Assembly (NCBI GenBank): GCA_041659285.1
Contig: JBAZYO010000002.1
Location: 105,284-169,283, forward strand
Direction of reading: 5' to 3'
From: Vicinamibacterales bacterium
GTDB lineage: Bacteria > Acidobacteriota > Vicinamibacteria > Vicinamibacterales > UBA2999
DNA: 64,000 nucleotides
In this document: positions 46,962-55,593 of the stretch, piece by piece
How positions within the stretch are numbered: position 1 is the stretch's first letter
Layout of the letters: each line of letters starts with the position of its first letter
Position numbers and translations under genes: made by a program
The notes under the pieces: model-generated
The model's database searches: none
The model's input: the letters and a program-made list of their open reading frames with translations, nothing else
What the model was told of the DNA's origin: nothing

Positions 46962-47660
46962 CTACTGATTCAGCCGATCGAAGAGCACGAGCCGCGCCGC
47001 TTCGCGCAGGCCCGTTGCGGAAAACGGCTTCTCCAGGAACGCCTCCCCCTCAGCCAGTTCGTCGCGGCCTTCGAAGAGTTGGTCGGAAAAACCGGTCTGG
47101 TAGAGCACGCGGAGATTGGGCAGCCGCTGGCGAAACCGGTCGGCGACCACCGGCCCCGTCATCCCCGGCATGTGGAAGTCGGTGATCAGCAGGTCGAGGT
47201 CCTGGCCGGACGATCGCTCCAGTGCTTCCATCCCACTGTTTGCCGACAGGAGCTCGAAGTTTTCATGACTGAGGATCCGGAGCAGCACTTCGACCATCAA
47301 CGGATCGTCGTCGACGACCATCACCCGCTTGCGTGGAAGCGGCCTGAGGTGACCGTCGGTGTCGCGGCGCTGGCCCGCCGGCGCCTCCCCCAGCAGGCGA
47401 TCCAGCTGCGCCAGGTCCGGCACCGGGAGCGACGCGGTGGCGGGCGTGCGGCCCGCCTGGAAGCGCTCCCGGTCGGGAGCCGGTTCCAGACGAAACGCGA
47501 CCGGCAGGTTGCCTTCGGCGCCAATGCTCCAGAGCCTGTCGATCAGAGCCTGCGGCAGCCCGAGCTCGATGCCCGCCACATACACTTCGGCGCACAACGT
47601 CTCGAGCTCGTGAACCCGGCGTTCCAGTCTCGCCACCCGGGCCGTCTCCATGGACTGCAT
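46962..47660 (-). CDS. response regulator with C-terminal REC and unknown ~110 aa N-terminal domain
   Basis: The REC domain reads KRVMVVDDDPLM...LLITDFHMPGMTG...EKPF. The N-terminal region looks coiled-coil-like. Confidence 0.7.
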   Translation of the reverse strand: MQSMETARVARLERRVHELETLCAEVYVAGIELGLPQALIDRLWSIGAEGNLPVAFRLEPAPDRERFQAGRTPATASLPVPDLAQLDRLLGEAPAGQRRDTDGHLRPLPRKRVMVVDDDPLMVEVLLRILSHENFELLSANSGMEALERSSGQDLDLLITDFHMPGMTGPVVADRFRQRLPNLRVLYQTGFSDQLFEGRDELAEGEAFLEKPFSATGLREAARLVLFDRLNQ

Positions 47661-47668
47661 CAGCTACC

Positions 47669-48589
47669 TCATTCGCTCACAGGATGTTGGATCGACCCCG
47701 ACAAGAACGCCGCGATCTCGGTGAACCCGCACCGCTCGTATAATCGGCCGCCCCGGGTGTTGGATTCACTCACCAGGAGTGTCAGCGTGCGATAGCCCGC
47801 GCTGGCGCTGCGCGCCATCACTTCGGCCAGCAACGACGACCCGAGGCCACCCGCCTGCGCGTCCGGGCGCACGGCGAGTTGCGCCAGATGCGCGGTCGTC
47901 GCGGCGAGCCGGGTGACCAGCGCGACGCCGTCAAGGTTGCCGGAGGGGTCTGGCGTGACCGCGCTGAGTGCCGGCGCGAATGCCCCGCACGCGGTCGTGC
48001 CGAGCAGTTGCGCGAGGTATTCGATCCAGTCGGCCACCCTGCCCCCGGGCGCAAAAGGGCGCGAGCGGTCGGGGCCGTAGGTCTGCGCCAATAACGACGC
48101 GAGCTTCGACAGATCGGCCGGCCGCCACCCACGGGGCCCGGCCGGGCGCGTCGGGTCCGGGTTCGCTTCGCAGGACAACGCGCGAACGAGGTAGCGGTAG
48201 CGTTCCACGGCCACGCCCCTGACGGCCAGTTCGCCGGCCAGCCCCGGCGCATCAAAGGGTCCGAACAGCAGGGCGCCGCTGGCCGATTGGGCTTCCGGCG
48301 AAGTCCACACCGCGTCGAGGAGTTTCGCCGTGACTTCCCGCGACGAGGACACGAGCCCACCGACCTGCACTTGGTCGCCGTGACGAAGGTGATATGACCA
48401 GCCCCGTACCCGGCCGTCGGCCCCGGTCGCGATGAAACCGGGCAGCGCGCCGGTCCGCCGCGCGTCTTCGATGCAGGCCCAGGTCGGCGAGGTCTCCCAG
48501 AGCAAGTCGTGGCGCCACCGCGCCGCCTCCGCCGCATAGAGAGGCGCCAGTAGCGCCGCGTCACCGGCCCGCCAGTCACTCACCGTCAT
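47669..48589 (-). CDS. GNAT-family acetyltransferase (tandem GNAT-like architecture)
   Basis: The C-terminal acetyl-CoA motif is QLAVRPDAQAGGLGSSLLAEV...RGGRLYERCGF. Its ATG overlaps the csrA stop (ATGA). Confidence 0.7.
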   Translation of the reverse strand: MTVSDWRAGDAALLAPLYAAEAARWRHDLLWETSPTWACIEDARRTGALPGFIATGADGRVRGWSYHLRHGDQVQVGGLVSSSREVTAKLLDAVWTSPEAQSASGALLFGPFDAPGLAGELAVRGVAVERYRYLVRALSCEANPDPTRPAGPRGWRPADLSKLASLLAQTYGPDRSRPFAPGGRVADWIEYLAQLLGTTACGAFAPALSAVTPDPSGNLDGVALVTRLAATTAHLAQLAVRPDAQAGGLGSSLLAEVMARSASAGYRTLTLLVSESNTRGGRLYERCGFTEIAAFLSGSIQHPVSE

Positions 48590-48843
48590 GGCGGGGCATC
48601 GGTCACCAGCGCGCCTGCCAGCCGGCGGCGCAACCGGTTCGCCGCGTCCATGGTCTGGCCTGCGGTCGCCGCCGACGCATTGGCGGCGCTCACCAGTTCG
48701 TAGACTTCCTGCCGGTGCACGGCGACCTCGCGCGGGGCGGTGACGCCCAGCCGGACGCCGTCCTTGCCGACGCGCAGCACGCGCACTTCGATGCCGTCGC
48801 CAATGATGTTCGCTTCGTCGCGCTTGCGGGTGAACACCAGCAT
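48586..48843 (-). CDS. csrA: carbon storage regulator CsrA (FliW-partnered type with C-terminal extension)
   Basis: MLVFTRKRDEANIIGDGIEVRVLRVGKDGVRLGVTAPREVAVHRQEVYE fits CsrA. The gene lies 4 nt downstream of fliW. Confidence 0.9.
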   Translation of the reverse strand: MLVFTRKRDEANIIGDGIEVRVLRVGKDGVRLGVTAPREVAVHRQEVYELVSAANASAATAGQTMDAANRLRRRLAGALVTDAPP

Positions 48844-48847
48844 GGCG

Positions 48848-49276
48848 TCAGGCCAGAGAGAGGCGATGGTCGACCGGATACGGACTATCACCAGGAATCA
48901 CCTGGACCCCGATCATCCGGCGCGGGTTGACGACCACCGGCGCCCGCAAGTTGACGAGGGCGGTGTCGGCATCGAGGCGCACCAGGGCCAGCCAGACCAG
49001 GCGGTCGTCGTCGCGCGCCTCTAGGCGATGGCGGGACGCCGGAGGAAGCTCGAAGTGGTAGGCCGGCAGCACCAGACGCTGGTCGACGGCGAGAAACGAT
49101 GGATGCGGGTCGTCCAGGCTCTGCAGGCACGTCAGCGGATCGAGCGCAGACGCCGTGATGATCACAAAACGCTGGCAGCCCTCGAAGCCCGGCACCCCCT
49201 CAGGGAATGCCACGACGGCGGCGGACTGCACGTCAAACGACCCGAACCGGGTTTCAATGATCGACTTGCCGGACAC
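48848..49276 (-). CDS. fliW: flagellar assembly factor FliW
   Basis: IETRFGSFDV...VAFPEGVPGFEGCQRFVII...LQSLDDPHPSFLAVD fits FliW. The start codon is GTG. Confidence 0.9.
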   Translation of the reverse strand: MSGKSIIETRFGSFDVQSAAVVAFPEGVPGFEGCQRFVIITASALDPLTCLQSLDDPHPSFLAVDQRLVLPAYHFELPPASRHRLEARDDDRLVWLALVRLDADTALVNLRAPVVVNPRRMIGVQVIPGDSPYPVDHRLSLA

Positions 49277-49279
49277 TGG

Positions 49280-50170
49280 TCACCTCAAGTAGTCGAGGAG
49301 CGACGCTTTCGACCCGTTACCGACGGCGCCGAGGGCCGCCTCGTACGCCGTCCGCGCCTGGGTCATCTGGCTGATCGCCTTCGCCATGTCAACGTCTTGA
49401 TCCTGAGACACACGCCTCTCGGCGGCCAGGCGGAACCGGACGAGCGTCTCTTGCTCCTCGTCGATCCCGTACTGATCGGCGCCGACCTGGCTTTGCGCCC
49501 GCAGCGTGCGGTCGAAGGTCCGGGCGAGGGCCGCCATGCCGGTTTCCATGCCGGGCTCGTCGCTGACCTGGGCGGCCGCGATCATGACATCGAAGGCCGA
49601 GAGCACGTCGGTCGCGTCGGCACCCTGTGCGATGGCGCGGCCGTCCATGGCGATGGTCGCGCTGCGGCTGCGTCCGATGTCCACGGTCACCGGCGCGCCG
49701 TCTCCTTGATAGGTCCACACACCGGCGGCAAAGACGTACGGCGGCGTCAGCGCGGCGCTGCCGCTGAAGAGATACGTGCCGCGAAACGTGGAGTTGAGAA
49801 AACTCGCGGTCCGGTCGCGCTGCCCCTGCAGCTTCGCGACGAGGGCGTCCCGAGTCGCCTGATCCGCGGTGTTACCGCGCGCCGTGGCGGCGGTGGCTTG
49901 CGCTTCGGACAGCGTATCGACCAGCGCCGTGAGCACGCCGTCGAGCACTGACAAGCGGGCGCGCGCGGTGTCGGCGGAGCGCGTGTAGGCGTCGAGGGTG
50001 CCAATTTCGGTGTGGCCGTCAATCGCCCGCTGCGCCGCCACAGGATCGTCGCTCGCCGAACGCAGGCGGCGCCCGGTGGCGACCTGCTCCTGCGCCCGCG
50101 CGAACTGCTGGGCGGCGGTATTGATGGCGTCGAGGCTCTCGTCGATCGCCCGGAAAGTCACGCGCATCAC
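49280..50170 (-). CDS. flgL: flagellar hook-associated protein 3 FlgL
   Basis: The flagellin-like N-terminus reads QVATGRRLRSASDDPVAAQRAI. The C-terminus reads MAKAISQMTQARTAYEAALGA. Confidence 0.85.
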   Translation of the reverse strand: MMRVTFRAIDESLDAINTAAQQFARAQEQVATGRRLRSASDDPVAAQRAIDGHTEIGTLDAYTRSADTARARLSVLDGVLTALVDTLSEAQATAATARGNTADQATRDALVAKLQGQRDRTASFLNSTFRGTYLFSGSAALTPPYVFAAGVWTYQGDGAPVTVDIGRSRSATIAMDGRAIAQGADATDVLSAFDVMIAAAQVSDEPGMETGMAALARTFDRTLRAQSQVGADQYGIDEEQETLVRFRLAAERRVSQDQDVDMAKAISQMTQARTAYEAALGAVGNGSKASLLDYLR

Positions 50171-51528
50171 CCGCCTCCCACGATCCGCATCAACGTCGCC
50201 AGCATCTGGTCGACGGCCGAAAAATACTTCGCATTGGCTTCGTATGCGCGCTGAAACCGCATCATCATGGCCGCCTCTTCGTCGAGCGAGACGCCGGATA
50301 TCTGATCGCGCAGCTTGGCAACCTGGTCGACGATCTCCCGGCGGCTCATTTGCTGCGTCTGCGCCGTCTGGGCGTCGGAGCCCACCTGGTAGACGAGCTG
50401 CCCCCAGCCTTCGGCGAGCGTGGCCGTGGCGCCGACGATCCGGGCCTCGCGCACGCCGGCGATGGCCTTGGCCACCTGGTTGTCCCCCGCCGCGCCGGAC
50501 TGCGACGCCGCCACCAGTCTCGAGTCGGCCGCCACGCCCGGATCCATCGTCACCGCCGCGGCCGCGCCCGCGGCGACGGCGAGGGGGGCGAAGAAGTTCC
50601 GGTTGGTCCCTCCGAGAAGGTCGATGCCGCCACGATGCAGCGTATTCACCTGCTGCGTCAGCGCGAAGGCAATGGTGTCGAGGCGATCCCGGTACGCCGG
50701 GATGTTCGTGTCGCGTACATCCAGCCAGCCTGACAGCCGTCCCTTGGTGATGCCGGCGGTGATGTCGACGCCGCCGAGCGTGACCGCGGCCAGTCCGGCA
50801 GGGGCGACACTGGTGGCGGACAGCGCATAGGCGTTGCCGCCGATCACGATCGCACGCCCATTCCCCACCGACACATCCGCGCCGCCGTCTGCCCGCGGGA
50901 CCACGGAGACGCCGGCCAGTTCCGACAGTTCCTTCAGGACCAGTCCCATCTGGTCCTTCAGTCCTTCCGTATCGGCGCCGTTGGCGCCGGCGATGGCGGC
51001 GTTCAATCCAGCCGCCTGCGAACCGAGCGCGTTGATGCGGTCGAGACCGCCGCGCACCTGCGCATCGGCCATCCGCTGCGCATCGCTCAACCGTGTTGAG
51101 AGGTCGCCGAATGCCCTGCCGATCAGCCCGCCCTGCAGGACCACGCTGTCACGTAAGACGGTGGACGTGGGGTCGTTGGCCAGGTCAGCAAAGGCGTCGA
51201 AGAACGCGGTCAGTTGGGCGTCGAGCGAGGCGCCCGGCGCGCCCAGTGACGCTTCCACCACCGCCAGCGAATCGGCGACGGCTCCCTCCCTGGCTTCCGC
51301 CGGCAACTCCTGGCGCACCCGCGCCTCGAGCATCGCGTCGCGACGGGCCCGAATGCCCAGCACTTCCACACCGGTCTGCCCCGAACCGCTTTGCGCCAAT
51401 TCAACCGTGCGACGCGTGTACCCATCCGTGTTGAGATTGGCGATGTTCTGACCGGCCACGTCCAAACCGGCGCGCTGCGCGTCGAGCGCGCGGGCGGCCA
51501 TCGCGAGGCTGCTCATGAGTCCGGACAT
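50167..51528 (-). CDS. flgK: flagellar hook-associated protein 1 FlgK
   Basis: The N-terminus is MSGLMSSLAMAARALDAQRAGLDVAGQNIANLNTDGYTRR. The C-terminus is GVSLDEEAAMMMRFQRAYEANAKYFSAVDQML. The ATG at 51528 overlaps the upstream stop (TGATG). Confidence 0.9.
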   Translation of the reverse strand: MSGLMSSLAMAARALDAQRAGLDVAGQNIANLNTDGYTRRTVELAQSGSGQTGVEVLGIRARRDAMLEARVRQELPAEAREGAVADSLAVVEASLGAPGASLDAQLTAFFDAFADLANDPTSTVLRDSVVLQGGLIGRAFGDLSTRLSDAQRMADAQVRGGLDRINALGSQAAGLNAAIAGANGADTEGLKDQMGLVLKELSELAGVSVVPRADGGADVSVGNGRAIVIGGNAYALSATSVAPAGLAAVTLGGVDITAGITKGRLSGWLDVRDTNIPAYRDRLDTIAFALTQQVNTLHRGGIDLLGGTNRNFFAPLAVAAGAAAAVTMDPGVAADSRLVAASQSGAAGDNQVAKAIAGVREARIVGATATLAEGWGQLVYQVGSDAQTAQTQQMSRREIVDQVAKLRDQISGVSLDEEAAMMMRFQRAYEANAKYFSAVDQMLATLMRIVGGG

Positions 51529-51887
51529 CAGAGCCGTCCTTTCATGCCCGTACCGCGCAGACCCGGACCAACCGGCATGGCCGCCCGGTGGTCGTACCCG
51601 CCCGAGCGGCCCTGTGCCGCCAGCGCCGCCTGCACGACGTCGGCCGCCGCCGTGCCCAGGATGCGGCACCGTGCGAGGGCCGCGCGGGCACGCGTCAACT
51701 CGGCGGCGAGGGCGGCCCGATCAGCCGAGGCCACGGCGGTCACGTGGCCCAGATCGGCCAGCGCCGCCGCCAGCTTCTGCTCGGCGGCCATCAGCGCCGA
51801 ATTGTCCGGTGTGGACAACGCGCTCGCCACCGCCTCGAGGGCGGCGGCCAATCGGGTGGCCAGAGCCACCGCAGGTGAGCGAACCAT
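51528..51887 (-). CDS. FlgN-like export chaperone (by position; weak sequence support)
   Basis: A 119 aa Ala/Leu-rich helical protein between flgM and flgK, coupled to flgK. Confidence 0.45.
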   Translation of the reverse strand: MVRSPAVALATRLAAALEAVASALSTPDNSALMAAEQKLAAALADLGHVTAVASADRAALAAELTRARAALARCRILGTAAADVVQAALAAQGRSGGYDHRAAMPVGPGLRGTGMKGRL

Positions 51888-51899
51888 CGTCAGAATCCG

Positions 51900-52202
51900 T
51901 TACTCGTCCTGGCCCAGCGCGCGGTCGATCAACACATCGGCCAGCCGGCCGGGGTCGTTGCCGAGCTCACCGCTGGCGAGGAGGGCCTTCGCTCGCGCCA
52001 CCACCTCGGGCCGCACGTCCGGCGTCTGGCCGGCTGCCGCCGCGGCGGACTGGGCCAGCTGGACGCCGGTCGAGAGGCTGACCTGATCCGCGGTTGCGGA
52101 CGGCCGGACCCGCCCGGCGCCCTTGCTGTCCCGGGTCTCCGCGGCGTATGCCTGCTGCGCGGCGGCGGTTTCAAGATTGGCGCGGGTGTTGTCGATCTTC
52201 AT
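51900..52202 (-). CDS. flgM: anti-sigma-28 factor FlgM
   Basis: A 100 aa protein. The C-terminus VRPEVVARAKALLASGELGNDPGRLADVLI fits the FlgM sigma-28-binding region. The RBS is GGGAGAG. Confidence 0.75.
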   Translation of the reverse strand: MKIDNTRANLETAAAQQAYAAETRDSKGAGRVRPSATADQVSLSTGVQLAQSAAAAAGQTPDVRPEVVARAKALLASGELGNDPGRLADVLIDRALGQDE

Positions 52203-52260
52203 ATTGTGTCTCTCCCGATCTCGCGCCAAGGCGCTGGCGCACGAGACCGCCATGATTCCA

Positions 52261-52287
52261 GAATCGGCCAAGGCCATGAATCCTTTA
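52261..52287 (-). promoter_or_regulatory. candidate sigma-28 promoter for flgM and downstream genes
   Basis: The minus strand reads TAAAG-N14-GCCGATTC, and the -10 element ends 58 nt upstream of the flgM ATG. It overlaps the flgJ stop codon. Confidence 0.55.
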
Positions 52288-53088
52288 ATGGCCGTCCAGG
52301 CCGGCGGCGCCGGTGACCCGGGCGAGCCCGGCAACCGATTCGGGATCCACCGGTTGCCCGTTCTGCCGCACTTCGAAGTGGAGATGCGGCCCGGTGGCAC
52401 GTCCGCTGCTGCCCGAGCGGGCAATCGCCTGTCCGGCGGCCACCGTCATTCCGGCCCGCACCTCGCTGGCCGACAGGTGCGCGTAGCGCGTCTCAGTTCC
52501 GCCACCGTGGTCGACCACGACCATGAGGCCGTAGCTGCCCCGCTCGCCGGCAAACGAGACCACGCCGCCGGCGGCGGCGCGCACGTCTTCGCCGTACGCG
52601 GTTCGCAGGTCCTGGCCGGCGTGAAACCGCGTCTCACCGAGAATCGGATCGGCGCGCCAGCCGAAGTCCGAGTTGACGATCGGACCCGGCGCCCGTGACA
52701 TCGTCGCTCCGTCGGGCACCACGTCCGCCGGGGCCGGGGCGGGTGCCGACAAGGCCTCGAATCCTGCGATCGGGAATGCCCCGGCGCCGCTCGGCGCGCG
52801 CCGCGCCAGACTCTGCACCAGGAACTCCGACAGTCCGACGCCGCCCGAACGGCTGAGCGACAAGCCCAGTTCACTAGTGAAGGCGTCGGTCAGCATCGAC
52901 CCGCCCAGGTCGTCGCCCTCGCTTTCCGCGTCCAGCGATTCCCGCATCTCTCGCAACATCTGCGCCAGCAACAGCGACTCGAACTGCTGCGCCAGTGCGC
53001 GAACCGCGGTCAGGTCCGGTCCGGAGGATTCGCCGCCGGCCGATTCAAGCGAACGATCGCGACGGTCGATTGTGTTGATGGCGTCCAT
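52285..53088 (-). CDS. flgJ: FlgJ-type rod-binding domain fused to an M23 metallopeptidase
   Basis: The N-terminal rod-binding motif is ALAQQFESLLLAQMLREMRES. The C-terminal M23 motifs are FHAGQDL and GPHLHFEV. Confidence 0.8.
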   Translation of the reverse strand: MDAINTIDRRDRSLESAGGESSGPDLTAVRALAQQFESLLLAQMLREMRESLDAESEGDDLGGSMLTDAFTSELGLSLSRSGGVGLSEFLVQSLARRAPSGAGAFPIAGFEALSAPAPAPADVVPDGATMSRAPGPIVNSDFGWRADPILGETRFHAGQDLRTAYGEDVRAAAGGVVSFAGERGSYGLMVVVDHGGGTETRYAHLSASEVRAGMTVAAGQAIARSGSSGRATGPHLHFEVRQNGQPVDPESVAGLARVTGAAGLDGH

Positions 53089-53091
53089 GAC

Positions 53092-54219
53092 TTAGAGGAT
53101 CACGATGTCGGCGCGCAGCGCACCGGCGGCCTTCAAGGCCTGCATGATGGCGATGATGTCGCGGGGCGTGGCGCCAAGCGCGTTCAGGGCGCGCACCACG
53201 GCCTCGAGCGTCGTCCCCTCTTCGAGGGCCACCAGCCGAGACGGCTGGTCCTGCACGGTGACGTCGGTTTGGGGCACGACCACCGTGTCACCGGCGTTGG
53301 AGAACGGCGCCGCGGGCTGGGAGACGTCGTAACGCGTGCGAATCGTCACCGATAGATTGCCATGGGCCACGGCGGCCGCACCGAGACGGACGGCCCCGCC
53401 GATCACCACGGTTCCAGATCGTTCGTTGATGACGACCCGTGCCGGCACATCGGATTCCACCGGGATGACCTCGAGCCGCGCCATCATCTCGGAGATCGAC
53501 GCCCGGTAATTTTCCGGCACGCGGATCGCCACGGTGCCGGGATCGACCACGTGCGCGGTGCCCACCCCGAGCTCGAGGTTGACGGCCTGCGCCACGCGCG
53601 ACGCGCTCACGAAATCCGGTTCGCGGAGCGCCAGCGTGACAGTCTCCGTCGCCGGCAGGGTCGCGCCGTTGCCGAGCTGCACGGTCGCCCCGCTGGGCAC
53701 GCGGCCCACGGTGAGATGGTTGACGGCCACCGAGTTGTCGCCGCCGCCGCCGCCGAAGCCGCCGATCGATAACGGCCCCTGCGCCAGCGCGTAAATCTGG
53801 CCGTTGGGGCCGCGCAGCGGGGTGGCGAGGAGCGTGCCGCCCTGCAGGCTGCGCGCGTCACCGACGGAAGAGGCCGTGATATCGACGCGGGCGCCGGCTC
53901 GCGCGAAGTTGGGAAGTTCGGCGGTCACCAGCACGGCCGCCACGTTCTCCACCTTCACCTGGCCGGCCGGCACCGACAGGCCGAACTTCTCGAGCATGTT
54001 GGTCAGCGACTGGATCGAGAACAGCGTCTGCCGGCGGTCGCCGGTCTTGTTGAGACCGACCACCAGGCCGTAACCGAGGAGCGGCATCGCGGCCAGCCCC
54101 TGCAACGACGCCACATCCTTCAGGCGCGCCGCCGGATCCACTCGGGCGGAAGCGGCGCTGGCGCTGACCAGCAGGAAGACCACAATCGGAACGCGAAGAT
54201 ACTGCCGCATGGGACGCAC
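53092..54219 (-). CDS. flgI: flagellar P-ring protein FlgI
   Basis: It has a signal peptide, then RLKDVASLQGLAAMPLLGYGLVVGLNKTGD and the C-terminus LNALGATPRDIIAIMQALKAAGALRADIVIL. Confidence 0.95.
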   Translation of the reverse strand: MRPMRQYLRVPIVVFLLVSASAASARVDPAARLKDVASLQGLAAMPLLGYGLVVGLNKTGDRRQTLFSIQSLTNMLEKFGLSVPAGQVKVENVAAVLVTAELPNFARAGARVDITASSVGDARSLQGGTLLATPLRGPNGQIYALAQGPLSIGGFGGGGGDNSVAVNHLTVGRVPSGATVQLGNGATLPATETVTLALREPDFVSASRVAQAVNLELGVGTAHVVDPGTVAIRVPENYRASISEMMARLEVIPVESDVPARVVINERSGTVVIGGAVRLGAAAVAHGNLSVTIRTRYDVSQPAAPFSNAGDTVVVPQTDVTVQDQPSRLVALEEGTTLEAVVRALNALGATPRDIIAIMQALKAAGALRADIVIL

Positions 54220-54221
54220 CT

Positions 54222-54911
54222 CTAGAAGATCTTGTTGAGAAACCGCACCAGCCAGCCTGGCGACAGGCTGTCCTTGATCAGACCGCGGCCGAAGTAGCGA
54301 ATGCGCAACTGGCCGAGTGCGGCTGACGAGACGACGTTTCCGGGGCCGACATCGGCCACCCGCGCCACGCCCGTCAGCACCACGATCTGACGGTCGCCGT
54401 TGATCTCGATCTCGCGCACCCCCTCGAGCAGCAGGTCGCCGTTCGGCAGCACCTCGGCGACACGCGCGGTGACGATCGCCGACAGCGAGCCCGCGCGCGT
54501 GGTCGCGCCGGCGCCCGTGAACCCGGTCTCCGCCTTGGCCGCCGCCAGGCTCGCGGGCGTCACGATGCCAGGCAGTTTCTTCTCGAGGCCGAACAGCGAC
54601 GGCACGCCGATGTCGGCGCCGCTCGATTTCGACAGCGTCGAGTCGGCAGTCCCCGACGCCGACAGGTTCTCCGCGATGTTGATGGTCACCAGATCGTTGA
54701 CCCGCCGCGCGCGCAGGTCGGCCATGAGGCCGTTCATCCAGCCGTACGGCTCCGCCGCGGGTCCTGCGGCCTGGGTCCGCGCGGTCTCGAGATAGCGGGC
54801 GATCAACTCGTTGTAGGTGTCGGCGGCTTTGGCGTTGCCCTTCTTGCCCTGCGCCAGGGCGGGCATCGCCGTCACCGTCATCACCCAGGCGAACAGTACG
54901 GCTCTAGTCAT
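54222..54911 (-). CDS. flgH: flagellar L-ring protein FlgH
   Basis: DLVTINIAENLSASGTADS...LLLEGVREIEINGDRQIVVLTGVAR fits FlgH. There is no Cys anywhere in the protein. Confidence 0.9.
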   Translation of the reverse strand: MTRAVLFAWVMTVTAMPALAQGKKGNAKAADTYNELIARYLETARTQAAGPAAEPYGWMNGLMADLRARRVNDLVTINIAENLSASGTADSTLSKSSGADIGVPSLFGLEKKLPGIVTPASLAAAKAETGFTGAGATTRAGSLSAIVTARVAEVLPNGDLLLEGVREIEINGDRQIVVLTGVARVADVGPGNVVSSAALGQLRIRYFGRGLIKDSLSPGWLVRFLNKIF

Positions 54912-55593
54912 GAACGATCTCCACGGTGCCCGCAGACACCACGCGGGCCTTGAGGGCGCGACGGCTGTGCGCGTTGATGACGCGAATCACCGACCCGGTG
55001 CCGCCGTTCTGAGCCGCCACCATCGTCGCCGAGACGTCGGCGCCGGACACGACGGCGGTGGCCACGACCTCATCGCCGACGCGAACGGTGGGGGCGAGCG
55101 CCAGCACCGAGCGCCCGAGACAGGCGCCGGCCGCCAGGTCCCGGACGGCGCGGCTGCGGTGGGCCTCGGCCAGGGTTGGAACGGGACGCAGCACGCCGGT
55201 CTCGATCGCGTGACGAGCGGGCGCGAGATCGTCCGTCCGCAGGTCATGGCCGCGCCCGATCGCCCGTCGCGCGTGCGCGTGATCGAGGATGACGCGCACG
55301 CTGGCCAGCGCTCGTCCGCGGCGCGCCGAGCGGCGCGATTCGGCGGGCTCCGTGGACTCGAGGGTGAAGCGCATCGGGCGATCCAGCCGCGCCGCCGGAT
55401 CGGGAATGGCTCGCATCCGTTGCGCCGCGACGGGAGACAGCACGCGCAGGTCCTCGACCAGCACCGTCGCGTCCGCGCCCATGCGTTCGCGGATGGCGGC
55501 CACAATCGCGGCGGCGACCCGGCCGCCCGGATCGCCGGCGGCGGTGGGCCCCGGGGCCGAGAGCAGGAGTGCGGTCGTCAGCAGGCTCAACAT
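54904..55593 (-). CDS. flgA: P-ring assembly chaperone FlgA
   Basis: The start MLSLLTTALLLSAP (a signal peptide) has its ATG at 55593, overlapping the flgG stop (TGATG). The C-terminus is VRVGDEVVATAVVSGADVSATMVAAQNGGTGSVIRV. Confidence 0.8.
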   Translation of the reverse strand: MLSLLTTALLLSAPGPTAAGDPGGRVAAAIVAAIRERMGADATVLVEDLRVLSPVAAQRMRAIPDPAARLDRPMRFTLESTEPAESRRSARRGRALASVRVILDHAHARRAIGRGHDLRTDDLAPARHAIETGVLRPVPTLAEAHRSRAVRDLAAGACLGRSVLALAPTVRVGDEVVATAVVSGADVSATMVAAQNGGTGSVIRVINAHSRRALKARVVSAGTVEIVHD

